Part shown: positions 27,376-41,269 of the stretch, in pieces
How the letters are laid out: every line of letters begins with the position of its first letter
Numbering within the stretch: position 1 is the stretch's first letter
DNA from: Octopus vulgaris
Lineage: Eukaryota
Direction: 5' to 3'
NCBI GenBank assembly: GCA_951406725.2
Contig: OX597818.1
Location: 40,610,001 to 40,674,000 of the forward strand
DNA length: 64,000 nucleotides
The notes under the pieces: model-generated
The model's input: the letters and a program-made list of their open reading frames with translations, nothing else
Told to the model about the DNA's origin: nothing
Database searches by the model: none
Made by a program: the position numbers and the translations under genes

Positions 27376-27580
27376 TATATATATGCAAAATTATATCGAT
27401 ATATATCAGAGAGAAAGAGAGAGAGAGAGAGGGAGAGAGAAAGAGAAAGAGAAAGAGAGACAGAGAAAAAGAAAGAGAGAGAAGTGCGTAGTTGTCCGAG
27501 CAAATGTCTTCTACTATAGCTTCAACTGACCAAAGCCTTGTGAGCGGATTTGGAGTAGACAGAAACTGAAAGAAGCCCGT

Positions 27581-27621
<41 letters not shown>

Positions 27622-27664
27622 CTGTATTTGTGTGTCTTTGTGTTTATATATTATATATGTATAC

Positions 27665-27738
<74 letters not shown>

Positions 27739-27754
27739 ATGTATGCATACATGC

Positions 27755-27808
<54 letters not shown>

Positions 27809-28320
27809 CATGAACTTTGGAGATTTGCGTGGAAAGAAGGAGAAAAGTAGTGAAAATCAATGCGTTTGGCTGCGCCAATGATATTATTAAAGATAGTTGA
27901 GTCACCCAGAGCAAGTCCGAAGATACCATGTTGAAATCAAATACTCCTGTCTGTGAGAGGGATTTTTCTGTAGTTTACGAGGTACAATGTTACCTGAACA
28001 CAACTTCAAAAAGTGTGCATTTTTTTTCACAAATGTTTTTTTTTTCAAGAATAGTAATGAAGGTTTATTTCAGGTTTATTGTAGGTCTTATACATTAGGC
28101 TTTTTAAATCTAGGACTGCATGGTGTCGAATCACGCCTTAAATACGCATTACATTAACTTTAAAAGGGATTGTCTATAAAAAAAATAGGCTTTCTAATTA
28201 AGGAACAAGGCCAGAAAATTTCGATGGGTAGGGGTTATTTCATGTCACTGACCCCAATACTTGACTGGTAATTTGTTTTAACGACCCCAAGAGGATGAGA
28301 GAGGATGACTATATATTCAT

Positions 28321-28418
<98 letters not shown>

Positions 28419-28699
28419 TACATATATAACGACTTAAGGCTAAGTTGATCTCTGCGGAATTTGAACTCAGAACGTAAAGAGACTGAAGAAATATCGCAAA
28501 ACATGTTATCAAATGCTCTAAAGAATCTGCTATCTCTCCGATCTGTTAAAAATATCACATAACACTTGTTCGCTATGTGGTGGGTGAAGTTATTGTAACT
28601 GGGAATTTTGGCTACCTTCTCAGCAGAAAGCTGTAAAATATACGATCTGAATCATTTTAGGAAGAATGTGAACCTTAAAGTTCCTGTTTCTGTATGTAT

Positions 28700-28749
<50 letters not shown>

Positions 28750-28979
28750 AGGGGGAGATTTGGGGGAAGAGAGAGGATGACAGAGAGGGGTGAAAGGATG
28801 AGAGGAAGGGGGAGAGAGGATTAGAGAGAGAGGGGAGAGGAAGGAGAGAGAAAGGAGTGGGGAGAGAGAAGAGGAGAGAAAGAGGGAAATAGAGAGGGAG
28901 AGAGTAGATAAATCAAGAAAAAGCGAGAGAAACATTGAGAGGTTAAAGCAATACAGAAATAAAGAAATATGGGATAATA

Positions 28980-29015
28980 AAAAGAAGAAAAGAAAGAAAG
29001 AAAGAAAGAAAGGGA

Positions 29016-29085
<70 letters not shown>

Positions 29086-29148
29086 AAAGAAGAAACACAG
29101 AAAGAAAGAAAGAAAGAAAGGGATGAAGAAAGAAAGAAAGAAAGGGAT

Positions 29149-29225
<77 letters not shown>

Positions 29226-29250
29226 CAGAAAGAAAGAAAGAAAGAAAGGA
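28980..29250. repeat. (GAAA)n microsatellite
   Basis: Direct reading. Confidence 0.95.
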
Positions 29251-30138
29251 AGGGATGAAGGAAGGAAGGAATAGAGAGAGGGGGAAGTAAGAAAAGGAAG
29301 AAGGAAAGATGTATAACAGGCTGGAATGTGTAAAGTACATAAGAAGGACATTGGTGACGATGGATGAGCGACGCAAGGAAACGTGTCAGAAAGGTGATGC
29401 AGGTGAAAAAGACGAAAATAAACAATGTTAATAATGGAGGTTTTCTGGACGTTCATTCTATGTATATATCGCTCCATTATTGTCCGTTTGTCAAGGGAAT
29501 CGAAATTGTAAAAAGACCGAGCGAGTTCTCAAACAGACAAGTTGGCATTAAAATGTTGATACATTGTCAGTTGTTTCTGCTTTTTCATGACCCCTCCATT
29601 TGTCTCTGGCACTGCATTTAGGATAGAATTATTCTAGGCCTTTTTCAACACCAGCGAAGCTGAATTCACAAGAAGTATTTCAGAAATTCTTAAGTAATTA
29701 TACTAAAGAAACATTGTTTTCTCTTAGGTTGCCGTTCTATAATGCTTGGATAGCTGCTTAGATTCCCTCTTGTGCTGTAGATCACTATCTACACGGATAT
29801 TTTCACAATGTCTTGCAGTTATCAAGCGGTGACTCCAGATAGTGACCTGTGAGAAAACAATGCGAGTGGGTCATGTGTACGTATGCATATCTGTAAGTAA
29901 ATTAATACGTGGATGTTTGCATTAATGCGCTTGCTCATCGATTTTCATTGATTTTCATCGATTTTCACTCATCTATATGTATGTTTTTATTTGAACATGT
30001 GTATAAGTGAACGTATATGTGTATATGTGCATCTTGTTATATCTACGCAGTTTTATTCTGTATGTGTATGCATCTATTTCTATTGGGTAATCATATTATA
30101 AACCTGCTAAAATATATGCATATATATATATATATATG

Positions 30139-30441
<303 letters not shown>

Positions 30442-30444
30442 ATA

Positions 30445-30840
30445 TATTATAGATAAAACATACTTGGAAAAGGATGCGTGGCGTTCGATCATATAATAAA
30501 TATAAATAATATATAAATATATACATATATACATACATATATGCACATACCTACATATATATGTATATATACATACATAAATGGGTACAGAACATAAAAA
30601 CAACGTTGAACACAATGAGAAACGAAAATATAAAAACAAAAACATAGAAACGAAGTTTTTTTCGAACAAATATAAAAAAAAACAGGGAAACGAGACATAC
30701 AACTTAAAGAATATTCCTATTCATCAGTTCTCCCTGTTTCAACTACTCCACGTTTCGAAAAAAATCCCAAATTATACTTAATTTGCTTTGCGGGAAGGAC
30801 TGTTTCAACGAAATCGCGTCTTCTCCTTACCTTCGAAACT
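30445..30840. mobile_element. Repeat family S3 (rearranged copy of 60180-60560)
   Basis: 30445-30758 is the reverse complement of ~60253-60560, and 30762-30840 is a direct match to ~60180-60259. Confidence 0.8.
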
Positions 30841-30859
30841 ACAAAAGACAAAAGAGGTA

Positions 30860-31086
30860 CAGTAATCACTCGCCATATCGCGGTTCACTTATCGCGGTTT
30901 ATTATGTTTTTAAGCTTACATCGATTCCTCTGTGGTGTTGTTTTGCAGTTATAATAAAATAAATATATATACAAATTATAAAAATAATAAAAAAATATAC
31001 AGTACAGTACTGTTTCTTCTTCGCGGATTTTCATCTATCGCGGTGGGTTTTGGAACGTAACACCCGCGATACTCAAGGGACTACTG
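30860..31086. mobile_element. pogo/Tigger-like MITE
   Basis: TA|CAGTAATCACT...AGGGACTACTG|TA termini with subterminal ATCGCGG repeats. Confidence 0.7.
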
Positions 31087-31540
31087 TATCGGAACTCAAA
31101 CCATTGAAGTACTAAAATACTGCGTGCATGCATGCTTGTTTGTATGAGTATCTGTACGAATATACGTAAGTATATGTGTGTGTAAGTATGTGTGTGTTCC
31201 TGAGTGCATGCCCTTCAGTAAATATGTCTCAGTTATGTGCACTTAGACGTCCTGTCCACGTGAAATATTTTGAATCTGGCTCAAGTGATGAAAATGTCTT
31301 CACTTTATATAGGCGAATTCTTCAAACATAGTATCCTATTGCTTCTGATTTGTCAGCAGAATCGACCCTTGCCATCGTTCCACAACCTTTTGGAGTTGAA
31401 ATACTTTGACAGAGATCAAAGCTGTCAAATACAGAATTTTTTGTCTTATTTTTTCATCGAGCAGCGTTGCTAAAATATACAGAGAGAATCGTTTTTTTTT
31501 ACTCGTAAAAGGAATAGACACACACTCACACACGCACAAC

Positions 31541-31588
<48 letters not shown>

Positions 31589-32161
31589 AATACACATCAT
31601 CATAAATGTATGAATGCATATGTGTGTATGTATATGCGTATGTATGTGTATATATAGGCATTTCTATGGGTGTTGGCAAATATGTTTAGTGAATATATAT
31701 ATACCCATATATATATGTATGTTGGTTAGTGTATATACGTGTATGTTTGTTAGTGTCTGTGAACATGCATTTACGTATGCATATGAGCATGTCTACGTAT
31801 GTATGTATATGTGTGCAAATTTGTTCATACGAATGGAAAGTGTCCGTGCGAGCCTACATTAATCTGCGTTCGTTGCGCATTTGAATAACTATAAGGTTCG
31901 GTGCACACATACATACACAGACGCACACATACATACACACTCATTTATACATATATACACACTAATTTATACATACACATATATGCAAATATCTATATCT
32001 ATCTATCTGTTTATCTCTATCTATCTCTCTATCCATCTATCTATCTATTTCTGTCTCTCACTTATTCACTCACTCACTCCCTCTCTATCTATCTATTTAT
32101 TTCTATCTATTTATCTCTATCTATATGTCTATCTATTTATCTATATCTATCTATCTATCTG

Positions 32162-32211
<50 letters not shown>

Positions 32212-32292
32212 AATCAATCTATCTATCTATCTATCTATCTATCTATTTATCTCTATTTATCTATCTACCTATCTATCTCTATCTGTCTATCT

Positions 32293-32325
<33 letters not shown>

Positions 32326-33304
32326 CATGTATATATGTGTGTGTGCATGTGTATGTACGTATGTGTATACACACACACACACATATTTATATATATATAT
32401 ATGTGAATATATATATATAGATATACTTATGGATACACACACAAATATATCTTACCTTGTGTGTTACTTACATGTGTGTCGCTTATATGTATAGGTGGGT
32501 ATATGCGTGTGTGTTTATTTTATGTGTGAGTCAAGAAACAAATAAGGACTCTATTTCTACAAACTCATACAACTTCTGTATGCTTGTCACAGAGCCAAAG
32601 TATGATATTGTGCACGTGTGTCAGAGTATGATATATCTAAAACATATATCAGTTTTTACTATTTGTTTTGATAGAGATTTTATTTAATATATATATGTCT
32701 GTGAGTGCTTAGTTATATATATATATATAATTCCAACTCATTTGTAAATCATATCATATTTTAGTATTTCGTTTTCAAAGCGAGTTTATTTTAACGTTAG
32801 GCGAAATGAATATCAGTCATTTTCTTCGGTTTTCAAATAGAAATGTTCTTTTTCAATATTGTGACATTAATTTCAAAGAAAATACGTGCAGATCCGTGCC
32901 CGGAGGCGGGAAACAATTCACTGCAGTTGTACAATTAACAGCACGTACAATTTGCGAGTGTGTGTGTGTGTGTGGGAGTGTGTAAATGTATTTATATACA
33001 GATATAAATATAGATATAGATATATATATACATATGTATATATATATATTGACATATATGCTTTTATATAAGCATAGACATATGCATATATTGATATATG
33101 CTTATGAATATACGTGTGTGTAAATGTGTGCGTGTATTTGCGTGTGTATATGTGTGTGCATATGCACATACACATGTGCATATACATATATATGTATGTG
33201 TATATAGTTATATATGTATGTCGATGGGTACATATGTGTCCTTGTGCTTACATGCGCGTGTACCTATATCTATATCTATATCTATATCTATATATATGTA
33301 TATA

Positions 33305-33362
<58 letters not shown>

Positions 33363-33412
33363 ATACTTGAGAATGCGTCCAGAAGAGAATTCGCCATTCG
33401 GGATTTTATACA

Positions 33413-33630
33413 TATTTCTTTACTACCCACAAGGGGCTAAACACAGTGAGGACAAACAAGAACAGACAAACGGAGTAAGTCGATTACATCGATCCCAGTG
33501 CGTAACTGGTACTTATTTAATAGAACCCGAAAGGATGAAAGGTAAAGTCGACTTCGGCGGAATTTGAACTCAGAACGTAACGGCAGAGGAAATACCGCTA
33601 AGCACTTCGCCCGGCGTGCTAACGTTTCTG
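33413..33630 (-). mobile_element. SINE family A
   Basis: Matches the other family A copies. Confidence 0.8.
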
Positions 33631-33813
33631 GAATACTATATCATGGATTTCATAACTGCACTAGATGCTCCTATTCTCTCTCTGACACACACTGTGGCCT
33701 TCGGTTTAACTCATATCTTCGTAGCTTGCTTCCCCCTGTCCAGTCCGTTGGACAGCTGCTATCATTTTGAGTCAATAGTTTTTTTCATATTTCAAGCTTT
33801 AATAGTTCAAATT

Positions 33814-34124
33814 GTGGAGTCGCAATGGCCCAGTGGTTAGGGCAGCGGACTCGCGGTCGTAGGATCGTTGTTTCGATTCCCAGACCGGGCGTTGTGAGTG
33901 TTTATTGAGCGAAAATACCTAAAGCTCCACGAGGCTCCAGCATGGAGTGCTAGCGATCCCTGCTGTACTCTTTCGCCACAACTTTCTCTCACACTTTCTT
34001 CTGTTGGCCTACTCGCTTCGCCAGCAGGGTGGCGTCATTTGAAGGCTAAAACAATGCGCTTCGCATTGTGACCAGCGATGTGTAGCAACATCTGACAGCC
34101 TGGTCGGTCACGGTGATCACGGTG
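33814..34124 (+). mobile_element. OR-type SINE, full length, tail variant C
   Basis: Same head and body as 14168. Tail ends GGTCGGTCACGGTGATCACGGTG. TSD AATA(G/A)TTCAAATT at 33801 and 34125. Confidence 0.9.
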
Positions 34125-34194
34125 AATAATTCAAATTACACCGAAAAGCGTCTATTCATTAAAATGTATCGCATCATATTCTATTCTATTGTCT

Positions 34195-34825
34195 CTTGCA
34201 GTCGTTGTACCATAAGTTCGATTCGGCGCTTATATATTTGGCTTGTTTAGGTTTAAAAATCTTCACTGCGTCTGTTTCCAATCTCATACACATTGTTGAA
34301 CTTCTGTCCGTGCAGGAAATTAGCCATAACTCGGAAAGGGTAGCAATCTGATGGTGTAAGGTCTGTGCAAGCTGGGTGAGGAAACAATTCCAGATCCAGA
34401 TCCTCATGTTCTTTAAGTTTGCGCTTGGTCCTATTGACAGTGTGTGTTGGGTCACTGTCATACAACAGGGGTTTGCGTTTTAGATTGACCAATACCGTTT
34501 GGCAGATTTTCAAAACATCATATACGCATTGCATTTGTTGAGTATAAAGGTTAACATTCACAGAATGACCATCTGGGACCAGCTCAAAGTGAAACACTCA
34601 CTCGAAATTCTACCAAACACAACATTACCTTCTTTTCAAATCGCCTTTGTTTGACAACAGGTTCTGAAGCCCGGCCTGAACGAAACCATTGAATTTTCTT
34701 ATTAAGATTACAAAAATAGATCCATTTTTCATCCTCAGTTGCAATTCGACGGCCAGAACGAGCATTTCGTGGATTTTCCAGCAGTTGTTTGCAAATATTC
34801 ACACGCCATTCACCCAAGTGATTGG
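34195..34825 (-). pseudogene. Decayed mariner transposase catalytic domain
   Basis: RVNICKQLL..RRIATEDEKWIYF..KKVMLC..HFELVPDGHSVNVNLY..LFPHPACTDLTPSDCYPF. Confidence 0.85.
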
Positions 34826-35079
34826 CCAGATGGTGAGGAGCGAAATTCGAACTCAGAACATATAGACGGACGATATGCCGCTAAGTATTTTGTCTGGCGT
34901 GCTAACAGTTCTGCCAGCAGGCCTCCTTAATCTTTTATGTAATATTATCATGCAATTTGTACCATTGTTTGATGTATAGCTTAATTGCAGAAAACAGATG
35001 GAAGTTGCTTAATTAAGAAAGCATAAACGATAATTAAGATTGATGGACGATAAAATAAATTTTTTATGCTATTATTTTT

Positions 35080-35290
35080 GGTCATGGGACTCCGGCCATG
35101 CCGTAGCACCGACGTGAAGGGTTTAATAGAACAAATCGACCCCGCCCCACTACTTCGTTTTCTTTATAAGTCTAGCACTTATTCTATCAGTTATTTTACG
35201 CTGGACCACTAGGTTACTGGGGTATAAACAAACAAACACCGGTTGTCAAGCGGTATGAGTAAACAAACGCAAATACAAAGACACAAACAT
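35080..35290 (-). mobile_element. Diverged family B 3' half
   Basis: GGCCATGC..AGCACCG..AAATCGACCCC..GGTTGTCAAGCG. Confidence 0.6.
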
Positions 35291-35315
35291 AAATAGATTC
35301 ATCCATCTCTCTCTA

Positions 35316-35400
<85 letters not shown>

Positions 35401-35450
35401 GCCTGCCTGCCTGCTTACCTATCTGTCTGTTTGCCCCCCCTCTCTCTCTT

Positions 35451-35485
<35 letters not shown>

Positions 35486-35488
<3 letters not shown>

Positions 35489-35662
35489 TGCAGGCGTGGC
35501 TGTGTGGTAAGGAGTTTGCTTCCGAACCACATGGTTCAGTCCCATTGCGCGGCACCTCGGGGAAGTGTCTTCTAATATAACCTCGAGCCAAGCAAAGCCT
35601 TGTGAGTGACTTCGGTAGACAGAAACTGAAAGAAGCCCATCATATATATATATATATGTGTG

Positions 35663-35697
<35 letters not shown>

Positions 35698-35915
35698 ATT
35701 TTTGCGTCCGTGTTTGTCTCCTCATGATCACTTGACAACTGATGCTTGTGTGCTTACGTCCCAGTAACCTAGCGGTTCGGCCAAAGAGATGATACAATAA
35801 GTACTAGGCTTACAAGAATATGTCATGGGGCTGATTTATTCGACTAAAAACCTTGAAGGCGGTGCTCCAGCATGGCCGCAGTCAAATAACTAAAGCATGT
35901 AAAGGAATAAAAGAA
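35486..35915 (+). mobile_element. SINE family B
   Basis: Full head-to-tail match to other copies. Confidence 0.85.
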
Positions 35916-35917
35916 CA

Positions 35918-36160
35918 TGTGTTGGTTCATAATTATTGCGGCTTCTTCGGAACAATTATTATTCGACAAAAACAATAACAATATTTAACCAAAACATCTG
36001 TAAATGGTGGTCTGACCGTCTGCCAAGAAAATGGGAAACTGTAATTGAAGTACATGGAGAATATGCTCCGGAATAATCATTTAAAGACGTTTTTGTTACA
36101 TGTTATTGTTTTTTTAAATAAAATTTGTTGAAAAAAAGCCGCAATAATTATGCACCAACC

Positions 36161-36163
<3 letters not shown>
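35918..36163 (+). mobile_element. Internally deleted mariner element
   Basis: 27-bp TIRs TG(T/G)GTTGGT(T/G)CATAATTATTGCGGCTT. Encodes the relic ..DRLPRKWETVIEVHGEY. Confidence 0.8.
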
Positions 36164-36202
<39 letters not shown>

Positions 36203-36415
36203 TCACGCTACGAGGCGTCACAGAGATATTTCCGTCTACTAAATTTACACTTAAGATATTGGTCAGCCTGGGGCTATAGTAGAAGACATTTCCTGCGTAG
36301 TTGGACTGAACTTCAAGCCACGTGGTTGCAAAACTCTCTTCTTAACAACACAGCCATCTTATTTTATTTCAATGGATGAATTCAATTAGCGTCGGCATTT
36401 GTAACTCATATTATA

Positions 36416-36647
36416 CTAGCTGACCCTGTGACGTCAAAAATGACGGCTAATTGTAGCATTTTATAGAAAATAAGGTATAAAATAAGGTACATAATAATCA
36501 TAGATACAAAGATACAAGTATTCATATACATCCCTTGTACATGCACACACATACACACACGTATACTCAAACAGAGTTGAAATGCTGTTTAAATTTTTTT
36601 CAGTGTTGAATGTTCATTATCCCATTTCCATTGCACACATACACACA

Positions 36648-36690
<43 letters not shown>

Positions 36691-36986
36691 AAACACACAC
36701 AGACACATACAGACACACACACACACACACAAGCATTCACATACCTCCCTTTTAGGTACACACACATATACTCACAGAATTGAAACGCTGATTTTTTTCA
36801 CCCCTTCCTTCCTTATTCATCTATCACCCCTTCCTTTCTCAATTCGTGTTAATTTTTCTCACTCTCTCTCAGTCAGGGCCAATACTCTCACAACTTCTCC
36901 TTCACTGAATTATTATTTTCTCTCCTCTCCTTTCACTTATACTACTTTTTCTCCTACTCCCTCCTACTCCTACTCTGTGATTTTGG

Positions 36987-37045
<59 letters not shown>

Positions 37046-37084
37046 AATGTATAAAAACACTACGCTCATTATTATATTACGAGA
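36416..37084 (-). mobile_element. Possible non-autonomous Helitron with captured microsatellites
   Basis: A|TC start, hairpin CGTCA-TTTT-TGACG, then CTAG|T end on the minus strand. Confidence 0.4.
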
Positions 37085-37509
37085 TAATACAATATGATTT
37101 GCATAATTCTGTTCACTTCTGTTCGACTGGGCAGAAAAAGGAGCCGGGAGCCAATAGTGGCTGCCATAATATTTCATTGATTTTTTTTTCCTCAATTCGG
37201 CAGAAATACTTGAGTGGGTTCGCATAAATTATTTCCAGGATAAATTCTGAAGTTTGTGAGGCAGTTTAAAGATATTTATCTTGTTAGTTAAACAATTTGT
37301 AAATTTCCTCTCTTTATTGGAGATTCAAAACTACTCAGCTCATTGAAGCTCATTGAAGCTTATTGCTCCGCTGCACTGGTATCTTGAATATATTGAGGCT
37401 GATCGATATGATCCCCCAGGCAATACGATTGCAGGCATCGTTTTGATGGCAGATGTAAAAGGTTTTGCAATTTCAAATTAAATCAAAATGAGGAGTAGAA
37501 AATTCGAAT

Positions 37510-37557
<48 letters not shown>

Positions 37558-37598
37558 TGTATATGCATATATGTGTGAGTGTATTATATAGATATATG

Positions 37599-37633
<35 letters not shown>

Positions 37634-37675
37634 GGAGAGGGAGGGAGAAAGACAGAGGGATATACATATTCATAT

Positions 37676-38005
37676 GTGTCTTCTGCTATAGCCCCGGGCC
37701 GACCAATGTCTTGTGAGTTGATTTGGTAGATGGAAACTGAAAGAAGCCTGTCGTATATATGTATATATATATATATGTGTGTGTGTGTTTGTGTGTCTGT
37801 GTTTGTCCCCCTAGCATTGCTTGACAACCGATGCTGGTGTGTTTACGTCCCCGTCAATTAGCGGTTCGGCAAAAAGAGACCGATAGAATAAGTACTGGGC
37901 TTACAAAGAATAAGTCCCGGGGTCGATTTGCTCGACTAAAGGCGGTGCTCCAGCATGGCCGCAGTCAAATGACTGAAACAAGTAAAAGAGTAAAAGAGTA
38001 AAAGA
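37676..38005 (+). mobile_element. SINE family B, 5'-truncated
   Basis: Near-identical to 53061-53484. Confidence 0.85.
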
Positions 38006-38817
38006 ATATGCATACATATGCTTACATGTTCAGAGACATATATGTGTCTATGTATGTGTATGTGTGTTTCTGTGTGTGTCTCTGTGTCTGTACAAAAACA
38101 TTAAGTGCGCATGTGCAAGAGAGAGAGAGAGAGAGAGGGAGAAGGAGAGAGGGAGAGAAGGAAAGAGAGAGGGAGAGAGAGGGGGAGAGAGAGGGAGGGA
38201 GAGAGAGGGGTGGGGAGACCAACAGACAGACAGAAGACTGACAGATTGGTAGAGTGATAGATCTGAGATAGGCTGACTGAGACATATAGATAATCACGCA
38301 ATGAACGAGAGCAAACGCAGAAAGTTGCGAGCAAAGGGAAATTGATAGGATAAATAATAGATCGAAATAAGTAATTAGAAAAGCTGCCAGAGAAACGAAG
38401 AGAAACGCTAAAGGAGAAAGTAAGATTGCTGATTAAATGGAGAAACAGAGAAGCTATTTCCTACACTTGTGTTTCGTCACCATTTGAAATTTCCTCTTAC
38501 CAACATTTCAATTTTCCTGTTACGTACACATTACGATTCTTCCGAAATCATGAAACTTTCTGGACGAAATTCAATACAGAAATATATATGAGACAATCAT
38601 ATTAACACACAAACACACACGTGTGGGCACACACACACACACATATATATATATATCGTTGATGATTGGCGGGGGGGGGTATTTTAAAATGATGAATCGC
38701 ATACTCCTATGGATGTTGCATGTCGTACATAACAGAATATACGATATTACGTCATAGCAAATTCTCCTAATGAAACTTTATGGCAAGACCGCATAATCCA
38801 TTCGTCCATTTTCTTCT

Positions 38818-38922
<105 letters not shown>

Positions 38923-38924
38923 TT

Positions 38925-39338
38925 ATAAAAAGTGTAGGTGGCATACGATTGGGTATATATTTATAAAAAAGAAGTTTGAAAACGCTACTATATAAGATAA
39001 ATTTTAATTTTCTGAGAGATTTTACATTTTTCGGTTCTTGAAAGAACGAACCTTATCAAAAATATCTTTTAAAAGTTAAGTGTAATAAAAATGTTCATAA
39101 TTGTTTCTTACTAGTCTCAACAAAGTCCACGTGGTGGTGTCTTGTGCGTTGACTAGAATCTAACTAACGATTCTAACCAACGCACAAGACAGCCATTATG
39201 CTCCCCCGCTCCACAAAACACCACAACGTGGACTCTGTTGAGACTAGTAAGAAACAATTATGAACATTTTTATTACACTTAGCTTTTAAAAAAATATTTT
39301 TGATAAGCTTCGTTTTTTCAAGAAGAACCGAAAAATGT
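38925..39338. mobile_element. Fold-back PLE-like element between (TA)n tracts
   Basis: ~125-bp inverted arms (39024-39146 and 39212-39337) with a nested hairpin at 39138-39191. Confidence 0.7.
39014..39066 (-). ncRNA. Hammerhead-like motif, U3-A8 core variant
   Basis: GATATTT-TTGATAA-GGTTC(10-nt loop)GAACC-GAAA-AATG-TA-AAATCTC. Confidence 0.5.
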
Positions 39339-39376
<38 letters not shown>

Positions 39377-39378
39377 CA

Positions 39379-39428
<50 letters not shown>

Positions 39429-39444
39429 CATATATATACATAAC

Positions 39445-39670
39445 AAGGCGGCGAGCTGGCAGAAACGTTAGCGCGCCAGGCGAAATGCTTAGCGGTAGTT
39501 CGTCTGACGTTACATTCTGAGTTCAAATTCCGCCGAGGTAGACTTTGCCTTTCATCCTTTCGGGGTCGATAAATAAAGTACCAGCTTCGCATTGGGGTCG
39601 ATGTAATCGACTTAATCCATTTGGCTGTCCTTGTTTGTCCCCTCTATATTTAGCCCTTGTGGGTAGTAAA
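39445..39670 (+). mobile_element. SINE family A
   Basis: Complete monomer. Confidence 0.9.
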
Positions 39671-39692
39671 GCTATATATATATACATACATA

Positions 39693-40504
39693 TATAAATA
39701 TAAGTGAGAGTGACCACTATATGTTCGACTCTCGCGCTAAAAATAGATCCGCTATGGTATTAGCCACTAAAAATTGTTTCCAAGGAGAATTAACACAACA
39801 TTTAACGTAAACGAGTGGCTAATACCATAGCGGATCTATTTTTAGCGTTAGAGTCGACCATATAGTGGTCACTCTCTCTTATATTTATGTATAAATTTTT
39901 ATTGTATCCCTGGTTTTTTATGCGCTAAGCCACTTGGTGTTAAATTGATGGTATTATTAAATTAATATCTAATTTTTCACCCTTATTTGTAATTTTAATT
40001 ATACTGCAGTAAATCTTTTATGCAGTACTTGTTTTCGGAAGTCTTATCGCACTTTTAGCGAGGGAATTTGAATCATAACTGCTAGTACAATCGATTAAAC
40101 CACACGTGTGTTTGACGTTATGTTAAAATTCAGAGTGCGATTTAATAAATTGTATTTTAGACAAATTCTGCTGATGACCTATAGATGTTGTGTAAGTAAA
40201 ATTGCATATTACATTAATAGCGAAACAATTGTCCAGAGTTAATCTGTATATTTTTGTTATTTTTCACTTGCCCTGCTCGTTTACGTTAAATGTTGTGTTA
40301 ATTCTCCTTGGAAACAATTTTTAGTGGCTAATACCACAGCGGATCTATTTTTAGCGTTAGAGTCGACCATATAGTGGTCACTCTCTCTTATATTTATGTA
40401 TAAATTTTTTTATTGTATCCCTGGTTTTTTATGCGCTAAGCCACTTGGTGTTAAATTGATGGTATTATTAAATTAATATCTAATTTTTCACCCTTATTTG
40501 TAAT
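39693..40504 (+). mobile_element. Retrozyme-like / non-autonomous PLE (family S2): inverted 5' segment, 509-bp unit, ~180-bp direct repeat
   Basis: 39814-39993 is repeated at 40323-40504. 39693-39815 is the reverse complement of ~40276-40400. It has an internal hammerhead and (TA)n flanks. Confidence 0.8.
40164..40240 (+). ncRNA. Type I hammerhead ribozyme
   Basis: AATTCTG-CTGATGA-stem II-GAAA-CAATTG-TC-CAGAGTT: 7-bp stem I, intact core and palindromic stem III. Predicted cleavage after 40233. Confidence 0.75.
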
Positions 40505-40516
40505 ATAAATATACAT

Positions 40517-40603
<87 letters not shown>

Positions 40604-41269
40604 AAGTAATTAAGATTTAGTTGAATTAGGTATTTAAGTTGAAGCACCAAGTCAGTCCCGTATTGTCCGCACAGTTCGAAGCTGAATAAAATCAAAATAA
40701 ACAGCAGGATATCAAGTTGTAATGCATTTCGACCGTTGTAACGGTCGTACTGCATTACTACTTGATATCCTGTTACTTATTTTGATTGTCTATGTGTGTG
40801 TGTATAGACACATGTAGAAAGAGCTGTTTTTGTTAAAGCAGAAGCGTCGGATAATTTGCAGTTTATTTAACGCCAACATATTTTGCAAATTTATAATACA
40901 TTACTGTATAACTTGTTCACGCAAGCGGGCACAAGCATGCGAAAACACACATACGCATACACAAATGGATACGTACATATGTATCCATATAAACTATTGC
41001 CCACAAACACGCACACACACACACACACAAATATGCAACTCGAAATAGTAATTAAATCTACTCAAATAGAACACAGTAATTCTGGTAAGTACGAATTATT
41101 CGATATCTGTCTAAGGAGGTTCTTTACGAATGAAATACGACCGCAGTTGTTACCTTACTTGTTGTATATCAGACAGAATGCTAATCTGTCTTTGTTCTCA
41201 GCTCCTCCGATATTACTATGTTCTATATTCATAACGAAGCATTTTCTATTTCCCTCTGTAGTTCGGTCA

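Noticed and set aside
33814-33890. tRNA-Arg(TCG) gene
   Set aside because: Continues into a SINE body with TSDs; the acceptor stem is not intact.
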